Below are positions 41,058 through 51,231 of a DNA stretch of 64,000 nt, piece by piece. Below the pieces are notes generated by a model, which saw only the letters and a program-made list of their open reading frames with translations, had not been told where the DNA came from and searched no databases. Where the stretch lies: assembly GCA_038888155.1 (NCBI GenBank), contig JAWAJB010000004.1, forward strand, positions 110,186-174,185, given 5' to 3'. Numbering within the stretch: the stretch's first letter is position 1; each line of letters starts with the position of its first letter. A program made the translations under genes and the position numbers. Source of the DNA: Desulfurococcaceae archaeon. GTDB taxonomy: Archaea > Thermoproteota > Thermoprotei_A > Sulfolobales > Desulfurococcaceae.

Positions 41058-41213
41058 CTCTAATGTAAGTGCGCAGTGAAGGCTTTGTTACTGCCAATGG
41101 CTCATTTATTCAAATAGTGAAGTTTATAAGGTAAAATAGACAAGCAAGCTAGTAAAGGTCTAGTTTTTATTACTCACTTAGCATTATGTACCACTAGATT
41201 TAGAGGTGGTGTT

Positions 41214-41954
41214 ATGGGCCTTTCAATGGCAGCAGCATATGACAGGGCAATAACGATATTCTCGCCAGACGGCAGAGTGTACCAAGTTGAGTACGCTTTC
41301 GAGGCCGTCAGGAGGGGCTGGACTACTCTGGGCATGAAGACTCGTTCTACTGCTATTGTTGCAGCAGAGAAACGCAAGATATCCCCCCTCACGGACGAGC
41401 GGTCTATACAAAAGGTGTTTAAGCTAGATGACCACGTAGGCGCTAGCTACGCGGGTATGGCTGGAGACGGCAGGATCTTACTTGATTACGCTATTCAACA
41501 GGCACTGCTTCACCGGTTTTACTACGATGAGCCAATTCCAGTTGAGCACTTAGCTAAACTAGTGTGCGATGTCAAGCAAATCTACACTCAGCACGCAGGC
41601 GTGAGGCCATTTGGTGTTTCTATTATTTTCGCTGGCGTAGATGAGCTAGGGTCGCATGTATTCATGACTGAACCTAGCGGTAGGTATTTAGGCTACTACG
41701 CCACAGTTATTGGAGAGAAAAGCAACACTGTAATAGAGTTCCTCGAGAAAAACTACAAGTACGATCTAGACGTCAAGGGCTCAATTAAATTAGCTATAGA
41801 AGCAGTTGTGGGGATCATAGAGAGCAAGCCGTACGAGAACTACATCGAGCTAGGCTACGTGGATGTGCAGACTAGAAAATTCCAGGTTTTGAGACCCGAG
41901 GAGTTAAGGACGTACATAAAAGAGCTCGAAAGCGAAGGTAAAATAAAGGCTTAA
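41214..41954 (+). CDS. psmA: Proteasome alpha subunit
   Basis: YDRAITIFSPDGRVYQVEYA, RPFGVS. Confidence 0.98.
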   Translation: MGLSMAAAYDRAITIFSPDGRVYQVEYAFEAVRRGWTTLGMKTRSTAIVAAEKRKISPLTDERSIQKVFKLDDHVGASYAGMAGDGRILLDYAIQQALLHRFYYDEPIPVEHLAKLVCDVKQIYTQHAGVRPFGVSIIFAGVDELGSHVFMTEPSGRYLGYYATVIGEKSNTVIEFLEKNYKYDLDVKGSIKLAIEAVVGIIESKPYENYIELGYVDVQTRKFQVLRPEELRTYIKELESEGKIKA

Positions 41955-42017
41955 ACTATTCTTTTACACAAATCCCTGTAGAGAGATTTTACATATAGGA
42001 ACTAACTGGGGTTCACT

Positions 42018-42713
42018 TTGACGGATAAATACGTGATAGCTAAATACGAGGCAAAGGGGCACAGATTTGAAGTGCTAGTTAATCCTGATCTTGCCCTTAA
42101 ACTTAAGGAGGGCAAGAACATCAGCTTGGAGAGCGTGCTAGTGAGCGACTTCATATACAAGGACGCCAGGAAAGGCTTAAAGGCTTCTCCCGAGTCAATG
42201 AAGGGGGTTTTCGGGACAGACGACCCCAAAGCAGTTGCGCTAGAGATAATAAAGCACGGCGAACTGCAGCTAACAGCAGAGCAGAGGAGGAGATTCCTAG
42301 AGGAGAAGCGCGCGCAGATTGTTAACTTAATAGCCAAGAACGCCGTTGACCCAAAGACAAAGCTGCCCTTACCTCAGAAAAGAATAGAGCTAGCGATGGA
42401 GCAGGCGCGGGTATCTATAGACCCATTCAAGCCTGCAGAGCATCAAATAGATGAAATAGTTTCAGAAATAGCGAAGATCATCCCAATAAAAATCGCTAAA
42501 GCCTACATTAAGGTGTGCTTTCCCGCAGAGTCTGCTAGCAGGGGGCTAAGAGCTCTCCAAGGCATGGGAAGCGTTAAGAAAAGTAAGTGGCTTGACAATG
42601 GAAGCTTGGAAGTGGAAGTAGAAATTCCAGCTGGCCTTCAGCAAGAGCTAATAGATAAGGTAAATGCCCTAACTAAGGGATCGGGGGACGTTAAAGTACT
42701 AAGTGTAGGGTGA
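42018..42713 (+). CDS. Ribosome maturation factor SBDS
   Basis: FEVLV.PD, GELQLTAEQRR, IPAGLQ. Confidence 0.96.
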   Translation: MTDKYVIAKYEAKGHRFEVLVNPDLALKLKEGKNISLESVLVSDFIYKDARKGLKASPESMKGVFGTDDPKAVALEIIKHGELQLTAEQRRRFLEEKRAQIVNLIAKNAVDPKTKLPLPQKRIELAMEQARVSIDPFKPAEHQIDEIVSEIAKIIPIKIAKAYIKVCFPAESASRGLRALQGMGSVKKSKWLDNGSLEVEVEIPAGLQQELIDKVNALTKGSGDVKVLSVG

Positions 42714-42719
42714 TATAAG

Positions 42720-43451
42720 TTGAAGATCCTAGTAGCGGATAAACAACTAGTTAAGCCAGGAGACTGCCTTGCCCTCTTAGAAAAGGAGGAAGTACAGCCA
42801 GAGCAGGGACTGAAGCACATACCGGATAAGCACATATACATCTATGGAGATAGAGTGTACAGCGACATAATGGGCGTTGCAAGCGTTGAGGACAAATCAA
42901 TAAGCGTCATACCGCTTGAGGGTGTTTACATACCCCATAAAGAGGATAACGTTATAGGGTTAGTTGTTGGCGTTGGGCTATCGAACTGGATTGTCGACAT
43001 TAAGGCCCCCTATAAGGCTGTTTTACCTGCAAGCGACGTAATTGAGGGTTTTACTCCATCAACTCATAATTTAAGGAACTACCTCGATGTCGGCGACTTC
43101 ATATACGCGAGAATAGTTGCTTATGACAGGCTTAGGGATCCCCTCTTAACTATTAGGGGCAAGGGCCTTGGAAAGATAATCGAGGGCTTCGTAATAGACG
43201 TTAAGCCAAGCAAAGTTGGTAGAATAATTGGCAAAAAGGGTAGCATGTTTAACGTTCTCGCCTCGTCAACGGCCTGCGAGATCTCAATTGGGCTGAACGG
43301 CTACGTTTGGGCTAAGTGCCCCGACGAATCCACATTGAGCATACTAATAAAGGCAATTAGACTTATAGAAACAAAGGCTCACATGAAGGGCTTAACAGAG
43401 GAAGTTAAGATGTTTATCGAGTCACAGCTAGGTGTTAAACGTGAGAAGTGA
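42720..43451 (+). CDS. rrp4: Exosome RNA-binding subunit Rrp4
   Basis: S1 and KH domains, [16 protein letters not shown]. Confidence 0.96.
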   Translation: MKILVADKQLVKPGDCLALLEKEEVQPEQGLKHIPDKHIYIYGDRVYSDIMGVASVEDKSISVIPLEGVYIPHKEDNVIGLVVGVGLSNWIVDIKAPYKAVLPASDVIEGFTPSTHNLRNYLDVGDFIYARIVAYDRLRDPLLTIRGKGLGKIIEGFVIDVKPSKVGRIIGKKGSMFNVLASSTACEISIGLNGYVWAKCPDESTLSILIKAIRLIETKAHMKGLTEEVKMFIESQLGVKREK

Positions 43452-44178
43452 GCTAGAATTAATAAAGGAAGACGGCACGAGATCGGACGGCCGTAAACCT
43501 GATGAACTGCGTCCAGTGAAGATATCGATAGGCGTTTTGAAGAACACCAATGGAAGCTCCTTAGTTGAATACGGGGGCACTAAAGTAGTTGCAGCTGTTT
43601 ACGGTCCGCGTGAAGCGCTACCTAAACACATCAGCATGCCCGATAGAGCTGTTCTAAGAGTGAGATACCACATGGCTCCGTTTTCAACTGAAGAGAGAAA
43701 GAATCCTGCCCCCACAAGAAGGGAAGTAGAGCTCTCTAAAGTAATACGCGAAGCTCTCGAGGCCGTTGTATTCACCTCTATGTTTCCGCGCGCGGGCATC
43801 GACGTTTTTGTAGAGGTATTACAGGCCGATGGAGGGACGAGGACAGCTGGGTTAACAGCTGCCTCGCTCGCCTTAGCTGATGCGGGAATACCAATGAGGG
43901 ACCTAGCTATAGGTGTAGCCATTGGTAAAGTTAAAGGAACACTGCTACTCGATGTAAATGAGCTTGAGGACCAGCACGGAGAGGCTGATCTGCCCATAGG
44001 AATTGCCCCGAGTTTAGGGGAAATAGTCTCGTTCCAGCTAAATGGAGTTCTCACGAAGGACGAGCTAAGAGCTGCAGTTGATATGGCGTTTAAGGCAGTT
44101 CAGCAAATCCATAAACTAGCGAAAGATGCTCTCCACAATAAGTACGCAAAGGCACTTGAAGAGGTGATCGTTAGATGA
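43441..44178 (+). CDS. rrp41: Exosome subunit Rrp41
   Basis: [25 protein letters not shown]. Confidence 0.97.
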   Translation: MRSELELIKEDGTRSDGRKPDELRPVKISIGVLKNTNGSSLVEYGGTKVVAAVYGPREALPKHISMPDRAVLRVRYHMAPFSTEERKNPAPTRREVELSKVIREALEAVVFTSMFPRAGIDVFVEVLQADGGTRTAGLTAASLALADAGIPMRDLAIGVAIGKVKGTLLLDVNELEDQHGEADLPIGIAPSLGEIVSFQLNGVLTKDELRAAVDMAFKAVQQIHKLAKDALHNKYAKALEEVIVR

Positions 44179-45038
44179 GCATAACTCCTGAGAGAGAGCC
44201 CTTACCTAAAATGCACGTTGATTACATATTAAAATCAATTAAGCGAGGAGAGAGACTAGATGGTAGGGGCCTCCTAGACTTCAGGCAGGTTCAGGCTATA
44301 TTAAACCCCATTGAGAAAGCTGAGGGCAGCGCCCTCGTAAAGTTAGGTAAAACACAGGTTATCGTGGGCATTAAAACAGATCTAGACAAGCCATTTAGGG
44401 ATCGGCCCAGTGAGGGGATCTTACAGGTACATACAGAGTTCGTTCCGCTCGCATCTCCCTCGTTCGAGCCTGGTCCACCGGATGAGAACTCCATAGAGGC
44501 GGCGCGAATTATTGATCGCTCGTTGCGCGAACCCAAGGTAATTAAACTAGAGGACCTAGTAGTAGAGCCAGGAAAACTCGTGTGGGTTATATACAATGAC
44601 GTATACTTAGTTGACTACCACGGAAACATTGTAGACGCAAGCATGATTGCGTCGATGTTAGCTCTCGCTGGCGCTAGGCTTCCCAGCCTCACTATGACAG
44701 AGGACGGGTACCAAGTGAATAGAGGCGTCAAGGATAAGCCTATTCCAATTTCCACTCTAGTTGCTACTGTGACTATGGGTGTAATAGGCGAAGTAGTGTT
44801 CGTAGACCCAACGCTCGAGGAGGAGGCTATTGCAGATGCCCTAATAACAGTAGCTGTGGACGAGAGGGGCAGTATATGCGGGGCGCAAAAGAGAGGGGAG
44901 AAAGGCGTGTCTAGGAGCACGTTGGAGAAATCCGTTGAGATTGCCCTCGACAAGGGTAAGTGGCTTATAGACTACATGAAGAATATCTTAAATAACCCCC
45001 AAGAGTACATTAAGCCACTATCGAAGTGGGGTGCTTAG
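44175..45038 (+). CDS. rrp42: Exosome subunit Rrp42
   Basis: [24 protein letters not shown]. Confidence 0.97.
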   Translation: MSITPEREPLPKMHVDYILKSIKRGERLDGRGLLDFRQVQAILNPIEKAEGSALVKLGKTQVIVGIKTDLDKPFRDRPSEGILQVHTEFVPLASPSFEPGPPDENSIEAARIIDRSLREPKVIKLEDLVVEPGKLVWVIYNDVYLVDYHGNIVDASMIASMLALAGARLPSLTMTEDGYQVNRGVKDKPIPISTLVATVTMGVIGEVVFVDPTLEEEAIADALITVAVDERGSICGAQKRGEKGVSRSTLEKSVEIALDKGKWLIDYMKNILNNPQEYIKPLSKWGA

Positions 45039-45040
45039 CC

Positions 45041-45301
45041 ATGGGCAGAACTAAATTAGTTGGAATAGCTGGGAGATACGGACCAAGATACGGAGCAACG
45101 CTACGCAAGAAAGTGAGGGATATATTAGCAAAGCGGTATTCAGATCACTCTTGTCCATTTTGCGCTCACAAGGGGACGGTAGTTAGGGAGAGCACAGGTA
45201 TATGGTCATGCAGGAAATGCGGAGCTAAGTGGGCTGGCGGCGCATACACTCCGAGGACAGAGATATCTAAGACCTTTCCCAGCATTATCACTAGGGAGTA
45301 A
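45041..45301 (+). CDS. rpl37ae: 50S ribosomal protein L37ae
   Basis: GRYGPRYG, CPFC..GIWSCRKC, AGGAY. Confidence 0.97.
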   Translation: MGRTKLVGIAGRYGPRYGATLRKKVRDILAKRYSDHSCPFCAHKGTVVRESTGIWSCRKCGAKWAGGAYTPRTEISKTFPSIITRE

Positions 45302-45306
45302 TATTT

Positions 45307-45843
45307 TTGATCCTCATAACTACTTCTCATAGGCCCTCGCCTAGAGTTAGATCTTTTGTTAAAGACCTCGCTTCAATTCTCCCAGGCGCACACAGAGTCA
45401 ACAGAGGACATAAAACTCTCTCAGAGCTCGCCATTGAGTCTGTCGCTAGAGGAGCGGATTACCTGGCTATAATCTCCGAGAAAGGAGGAAATCCCTCTGC
45501 TATTAGCATATACGAAATAGCCGAAAAGCACACGCACTGTCCATCGCCCTTAAAAATTGCAGAGTTGTTGCTCCATGGCGTGAAGCTCTCAAGGGAGGTC
45601 CAGGGCTCTCATAGGGCATACTATGCTAGCTGTATAAGCATTGATCCCTCGAAGTGCACATCAGATGACTGCTACTTCATTGCTGATCTTTACACTAAGA
45701 TCTTCATCAAGGCGATGTGCAGCAAACCAGACCTATTGATGGTGCTTGAGGACAACAAGTACGTTACAATAAAGTACGTTAGCGCCAACGGAGATCCGGT
45801 CGGTCCAGTTATCAGCGTGATCCGAGCCTTGAGATTTAGGTGA
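45307..45843 (+). CDS. Brix-domain ribosome biogenesis protein
   Basis: ITTSHRPSPRVRSFVKDL, NRG, GNP. Confidence 0.9.
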   Translation: MILITTSHRPSPRVRSFVKDLASILPGAHRVNRGHKTLSELAIESVARGADYLAIISEKGGNPSAISIYEIAEKHTHCPSPLKIAELLLHGVKLSREVQGSHRAYYASCISIDPSKCTSDDCYFIADLYTKIFIKAMCSKPDLLMVLEDNKYVTIKYVSANGDPVGPVISVIRALRFR

Positions 45844-46154
45844 GATGTGATATGAATATAAGCGTAGAGTACAGAGTACACTCGAGCTCGAAAGCTGTTG
45901 TAAACGCTCTGTGCAAGTCGCTAATGCCTGATTTAGGCAACCTGCCCGAGGGTTGCTCCGGAGCAGTAAAGCCGGAAGAAGACAGCCTCGCACTAAAGCT
46001 AGAGTGCACCGATATAAGTAAGCTTAGAGCCCTGAGCAACAGCTTTATAGGAGTGTTGTTATTGTTATTGGAAATAGCAGGTGAGTTCGTGAATGTCGGA
46101 GAAAACCTTACCACCGGAGGTACAGCAGCTAATAATACAGTATCAGACACTTAG
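45840..46154 (+). CDS. Second Pcc1-family protein
   Basis: SLMPD, DISKLRALSNS; between Brix and prefoldin. Confidence 0.75.
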   Translation: MRCDMNISVEYRVHSSSKAVVNALCKSLMPDLGNLPEGCSGAVKPEEDSLALKLECTDISKLRALSNSFIGVLLLLLEIAGEFVNVGENLTTGGTAANNTVSDT

Positions 46155-46461
46155 AGAGCACTACTCTAGACTTGAGGCAGAGCTCAGAGTAGTTGAGGCT
46201 GAGCTGGGAGAGATAAACAACGTAATGGATACCTTGAAAACTCTAGATGAAGGAGCTGAGCTGTACAAGGCCACTGGCCACATACTGGTGCGCCGCTCAA
46301 AAAATGACATTGTTAAGGAACTAGAGGAGAGGAGAGAGCTCCTCTCCCTTAAAAAAGACAAGTACAAAAAACAGCTAGATTTCTTATCTAAGCAAATAAA
46401 CGACCTCGAAAATAGGCTGCGAGAGGCGCTAACTAAGCAAGGCATAACAGTGGCTCGGTGA
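46093..46461 (+). CDS. pfdB: Prefoldin beta subunit
   Basis: LPPEVQ, LYKATGHILV, coiled coils. Confidence 0.95.
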   Translation: MSEKTLPPEVQQLIIQYQTLREHYSRLEAELRVVEAELGEINNVMDTLKTLDEGAELYKATGHILVRRSKNDIVKELEERRELLSLKKDKYKKQLDFLSKQINDLENRLREALTKQGITVAR

Positions 46462-46468
46462 GCTAGTA

Positions 46469-46798
46469 CTGAACCCTAACAGAGGAAGTAAAAGCTATTT
46501 TGAAGCCCTTAAAAGCCTACCCGAGGAACAGCTCGAAGAATTACTTTTAACTATTGAGAGAGAAGTAGACAAGTACTTAAGAGAAATCCTCCCGCCCAAA
46601 GCCGATTTTAACACTACTATAAGCGTAATTAAAAGGGAAGATCGAGTCGACTTTGCTATTGAGATATCGATAAGCGGGTGGATTCAACACCGCGAAAGCT
46701 TCGGTAGGCTTGCGCAGGACGCAGTTAACTACGCGAGGAGGCAGCTAGCTAGGAGCCTAGAGGGCATGCAGCGAAGCCGCCCCCATGACAGTTTTTAA
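46469..46798 (+). CDS. DUF3194-like protein with probable CTG start (not in track)
   Basis: 109-codon open frame (LKSLPEEQLEELLLTIEREVDKYL...LAQDAVNYARRQL); GGTGA SD 7 nt upstream; usual slot after pfdB. Confidence 0.65.
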   Translation: MNPNRGSKSYFEALKSLPEEQLEELLLTIEREVDKYLREILPPKADFNTTISVIKREDRVDFAIEISISGWIQHRESFGRLAQDAVNYARRQLARSLEGMQRSRPHDSF

Positions 46799-46874
46799 GG
46801 GGGTATTGTTGAGTTTATAAGCTACCAATAAACTATAAGTAGAAAACGACCTGCTTAAAAAGAGGGCTTGAGTC

Positions 46875-49085
46875 ATGGTTAAGTACAAGCAATCAGCAGA
46901 AGTGCTCAAAATAATGAAGAACATCGAGCAAATTAGGAACATAGGTATCACAGCGCACGTTGACCACGGAAAAACAACTCTCTCGGACTCATTGTTGAGC
47001 GCTGCTGGGCTGCTATCAGAGAAGCTAGCGGGACAGGCACTGGCTCTAGATTACCTAGACGTAGAGCAGAAGAGGCAAATGACAGTTAAGGCAGCAAACG
47101 TGAGCTTGTACCACGAATACCGAGGCAAGCCATTCGTTATAAACCTCATTGATACACCAGGACACGTTGACTTCCAATCGAGGACGCTGAGAGCTCTGAG
47201 GGCGATAGATGGAGCAATAGTTGTAGTAGATGCAGTTGAGGGAGTGATGACTCAGACAGAGATGTATTTAAGGGTAGCGCTAGAGGAAAGAGTGAGGCCG
47301 CTCTTGTTCATTAACAAAGTAGACAGGCTAATAAAGGAGCTAAAGCTTTCGCCCACTGACATCCAGCAAAGACTGGTGCAGATAGTTAAAGACATAAACA
47401 CGCTGATTTCGAACTACGCCGATAAAGAGTTCCAGAAGCAGTGGTTGCTTGATCCCTCGAGGGGTCAAGTGGCTTTTGGCTCAGCTCGCGATAGGTGGGG
47501 ATTGACTATCCCCATTGCCCTGCAGAAGGGAATAAAGATCAGCGATATAATTGACATATACAACAAGGGGAAAGACGCCATAGGGGAACTACAGAAGGCT
47601 GCTCCTCTGCACGAATCAATTCTAGACATGGTTGTGAAGTACATGCCCAACCCCAAGGAGGCCCAGAAGTACAGGATCCCCAAGATATGGCACGGCGACA
47701 TTAACGCAGAAGTGGCAAAACACTTAATTGAGTGCGATCCAAACGGGCCACTCATAATGATGGTTACTGACGTAAAGGTTGATCCTCACGCCGGCCTTGT
47801 TGCGACTGGGAGGATCTTCTCTGGTACTCTCAAACCAGGAGAGGAAATAGTGCTGCTCAACGCAAGAGCTCTTCAGAGAGTGCTCCAAGTAAGTATATAC
47901 ATGGGGCTGTACAGAGAGCTCGCCGACGAGATACCAGCAGGCAACATTGCAGCTGCGCTTGGACTCGATAAAGCTAGGTCAGGTGAAACTATCGTTTTCC
48001 CGGCGCTTAGGGACATAATGACGCCCTTCGAGAGGTTGAGAATGATCACCGAGTCCGTTGTCACAGTTGCCCTAGAGCCGAAAAACCCGCAGCAGTTAAC
48101 AAAGCTCATTGACTCGCTCTATAAATTGCATCTAGAGGACCCCAGCCTCATCGTGAAGATCAACGAGGAGACAGGCGAGTACTTGCTGAGCGGAGTGGGC
48201 ACTCTCCACATTGAAATTGCCCTCACCCTTCTAAAGGATTTCTACGGATTAGACGTGCTTGCTTCGCAGCCCGTAATAGTTTACAGGGAAACCATTAGAG
48301 AGGAGAGCAAGACCTTTGAGGGCAAGTCGCCCAACAAGCACAACAGGTTCTACATTAGCGTAAGGCCGCTAGACGAGACATCAATTAAATTAATACAAGA
48401 GGGCTTAGTAACTGAGGACATGGATTCACGAGAAAGGGCAAAGATACTCAGAGACCACGCGGGCTGGGACACAGATATCGCCCGCAGAATTATGGCCATT
48501 GACGAGAACATTAACGTGCTTGTAGATATGACTTCAGGCGTTCAGTACTTACGCGAAGTGAGGGATACCTTAATTCAAGGCTTCAGGCTTAGCATGAAGG
48601 AGGGCCCATTAGCCCACGAACCCGTGAGAGGATTAATGGTCGTGCTGCAGGATGCCTTCATACACGAAGACCCTGCGCACAGGGGCCCCGCACAAATATA
48701 CCCAGCTGTCAGGAACGCTATATTTGCAGGGTTCCTCACCTCTAAGCCAACGCTCTTAGAGCCTCTACTGAAGTACGACATAAGGGTGCCCTTGGAGTAC
48801 ATTGGAAACGTATCTGTTGTTATAACAAAGAAGCGAGGCAAGATACTTGACGTGCAACAATCTGAGAACCTCGCAAGACTTACCTCAGAGGTGCCTGTAT
48901 CGGAGTCCTTTGATATGGCAGACATGCTGAGAAATGCTAGCGCTGGTAAAGCTATTTGGGGACAGGACTTCAGCCGCTGGTCGCCAGTTCCAGACTCCAT
49001 GCTGCTGGACTTAGCATCCAAAATAAGGACGAGGAAAGGGCTGAAGCCAGAGCTACCGAGGCCAGAGGACTTCCTGAGCCCGTAG
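46875..49085 (+). CDS. fusA: Elongation factor 2
   Basis: [17 protein letters not shown], diphthamide loop [11 protein letters not shown]. Confidence 0.99.
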   Translation: MVKYKQSAEVLKIMKNIEQIRNIGITAHVDHGKTTLSDSLLSAAGLLSEKLAGQALALDYLDVEQKRQMTVKAANVSLYHEYRGKPFVINLIDTPGHVDFQSRTLRALRAIDGAIVVVDAVEGVMTQTEMYLRVALEERVRPLLFINKVDRLIKELKLSPTDIQQRLVQIVKDINTLISNYADKEFQKQWLLDPSRGQVAFGSARDRWGLTIPIALQKGIKISDIIDIYNKGKDAIGELQKAAPLHESILDMVVKYMPNPKEAQKYRIPKIWHGDINAEVAKHLIECDPNGPLIMMVTDVKVDPHAGLVATGRIFSGTLKPGEEIVLLNARALQRVLQVSIYMGLYRELADEIPAGNIAAALGLDKARSGETIVFPALRDIMTPFERLRMITESVVTVALEPKNPQQLTKLIDSLYKLHLEDPSLIVKINEETGEYLLSGVGTLHIEIALTLLKDFYGLDVLASQPVIVYRETIREESKTFEGKSPNKHNRFYISVRPLDETSIKLIQEGLVTEDMDSRERAKILRDHAGWDTDIARRIMAIDENINVLVDMTSGVQYLREVRDTLIQGFRLSMKEGPLAHEPVRGLMVVLQDAFIHEDPAHRGPAQIYPAVRNAIFAGFLTSKPTLLEPLLKYDIRVPLEYIGNVSVVITKKRGKILDVQQSENLARLTSEVPVSESFDMADMLRNASAGKAIWGQDFSRWSPVPDSMLLDLASKIRTRKGLKPELPRPEDFLSP

Positions 49086-49336
49086 GTAGGTAACTGCGCA
49101 TACGTTTTTACTTAGCTCTAATGCTAGCCCTAGTTTTTGCACTTAAGACTTGCATAAGATGTGTAAAAGAGGCAATTCTCGAGCTTCTTGTAGGTAATGA
49201 GAATTCCCCCAGCTGAGAGCGCAGATAAGCTCAATTGCAATAGCAGCTGGATGGCTGAGAGCCCTTAGCTAAAAGTGCTACAAGTTAGTGCGCTTTAGTA
49301 AAGCAGATCTCTGGGATTGGGGCAAAAGGCAAATTA

Positions 49337-49435
49337 CGCCGGGGCGGGGATTCGAACCCCGGACCACCGGGTATCTGCCAGGCTACGCTGCAGTGGTTAA
49401 CAGCCCGGCGCTCTACCAGGCTGAGCTACCCCGGC
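49337..49435 (-). tRNA. tRNA-Asn(GTT) with 25-nt intron (49373-49397)
   Basis: Reverse complement: GCCGGGG acceptor, CCGGG-CT-GTT-A[intron]A-CCCGG, GGTTCGAATCC. Confidence 0.93.
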
Positions 49436-49485
49436 TCATTTTTCTATATTCAGTGGGGGGTTTTAAAGCTCGTAAAGCAAAACTG

Positions 49486-50763
49486 CTAATTTTCAGCTTT
49501 AATTACTTCCCCGTTAGCTGGAACATATATGTTCACGTCGTCTCCTAAAGCCTCCCTAAGCTTGAGGGAAAGCGAGTTTGAGTCCTGCGAGCTCCCGTGA
49601 ACAATTATAATGTCCTTAACGCTGCCCTTGTAGTGCCTAGCAAATCTAATTATATCATCTCTGCTCCCGTGGCTCGATAGGGAGAGCCACTCTAGTCTTG
49701 CCTTAATGGGCCCCACTCCAAGCTCTTGGAGCGAGCCAGCGCTGAGGATCTTGTGCCCGTTGCTGTTTGCAGATTGATAGCTCACCAGTACTACTGCATT
49801 TCTTGAGTTAGAATGAATCTGCTTCAAGTAATAGAGAGCTGGGCCTCCTTTAAGCATCCCTGCGGAAGCTATTATTGCGCACGGCTTCTTAAGAATCTTT
49901 TTCCTCATGGAGACATCTGTGACAAAGTTAACGTTTTCAACTACTTTAGAGAACAAGTTAGGGTCTCGGAGGAACCGCTTGTGCTTGAGGTACAGCTCCG
50001 AGATGTCCCTGCTCATGCCATCAACGTATATATCTAGGTATGGAGCCTGCGAGCCTAGAAGAGTCATCACCTCCTGTGTTCTACCAACGCTGAAAGCTGG
50101 CACTAGTATGACTCCGCCCCTGTCTATTGTTTCCTCGACTACTTCGAGGAGCCTTTTCTCTACGAGGTGCCTTGGAGGGTGATTTCTACCTCCATAGGTA
50201 GACTCCACTATTAACGTGCTAGGCTCAATAGGGGGGGTTTCAGCTCCGCCGAGAGTCCACGTCTGCGCAGTGTTAAAATCGCTGGTGTAGAGAACGCGGT
50301 CGCCTGTCTCGGACTCCGCGTAAACCATTGAGCTCCCCAAGATGTGCCCCGAGCTGTACAATCGTACCTTAAATTCGCCGACTATAGCCTCTTCGCCGAA
50401 GTTCAAGAATATAGTGTTGCTGTACATTCTGTCGAATTCCCTTAGCTCGTAGTCTATATAGTGGGCGTTCAGCCTGAGGAAATCTACCGTGAGGTACTTC
50501 GCTATATCCATAGTTGGCTTCGTGGATATAGCCCTTGGGCCTCCCGTGATGTACAAATATGGAGCTGCCCCCACATGATCTAAGTGGGCATGGGAAATGA
50601 CAACAGCGGATATATCAACTGGCCTTACGTGCATAGGCAATTGGGGGTTGTCTTTCTCATCGAAGTTAACCCCGTAGTCTAGCAACAACCCGCTGTTTGC
50701 CCCTTTAAGGTATATTGCTGCTCTACCGACCTCTTGTCCGCTTCCTAGAACTCTTATTTCCAC
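49486..50763 (-). CDS. Beta-CASP metallo-beta-lactamase ribonuclease (aCPSF2-like)
   Basis: HAHLDH, GHILGS, ESTYG, AFSVGRTQE, SSH, VHG. Confidence 0.93.
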   Translation of the reverse strand: MEIRVLGSGQEVGRAAIYLKGANSGLLLDYGVNFDEKDNPQLPMHVRPVDISAVVISHAHLDHVGAAPYLYITGGPRAISTKPTMDIAKYLTVDFLRLNAHYIDYELREFDRMYSNTIFLNFGEEAIVGEFKVRLYSSGHILGSSMVYAESETGDRVLYTSDFNTAQTWTLGGAETPPIEPSTLIVESTYGGRNHPPRHLVEKRLLEVVEETIDRGGVILVPAFSVGRTQEVMTLLGSQAPYLDIYVDGMSRDISELYLKHKRFLRDPNLFSKVVENVNFVTDVSMRKKILKKPCAIIASAGMLKGGPALYYLKQIHSNSRNAVVLVSYQSANSNGHKILSAGSLQELGVGPIKARLEWLSLSSHGSRDDIIRFARHYKGSVKDIIIVHGSSQDSNSLSLKLREALGDDVNIYVPANGEVIKAEN

Positions 50764-50862
50764 GAAATCACCTTCTCGAAAAGCTTTACCTGAGAAATCG
50801 CCTGCTACAGTGCTTTAAAACATTAAATAGGAAATAACCTTTATAAGAGTGGTGCTTACGCC

Positions 50863-51231
50863 TTGGCTCTATTTAACCCCCGAGATTTGAAGAAAATGCT
50901 AAAGAGGTACGGCGTTGAAGTAGAGGAGCTACAGGGAGTTGAAAGGGCTGAGTTCTACGTTGGCTCGAAGAGAATAGTCATTATATCCCCCCAAGTTATA
51001 GCGTTCAAGGTCTCTGGACAAGTATTCTACCAAGTCTCAGGAGGGGAGCAACGGGAAGAGGCAGCTCCCCCGCAGCTAGCAGAGGAGCCTACAAGCATAT
51101 CAGATGAAGACGTGAGGTTCGTAATGGAGCAAGCAAATGTTCCTTACGAGAAGGCTAAAGAGGCCTTAGTTAAAGCCAGAGGAGACATCGTTAAGGCTAT
51201 AATGATCCTCAGGGGTGAAGCAATTTCTTGA
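50863..51231 (+). CDS. nac: Nascent polypeptide-associated complex protein
   Basis: NPRDLKKML, C-terminal UBA EDVRFVMEQ..GDIVKAI. Confidence 0.93.
   Translation: MALFNPRDLKKMLKRYGVEVEELQGVERAEFYVGSKRIVIISPQVIAFKVSGQVFYQVSGGEQREEAAPPQLAEEPTSISDEDVRFVMEQANVPYEKAKEALVKARGDIVKAIMILRGEAIS

Noticed and set aside
49170-49265. ATGAGA...CTGA and CCAGCTG/CAGCTGG inverted repeat after fusA
   Set aside because: Box spacing is inconsistent with a two-guide sRNA; may be a terminator-region hairpin
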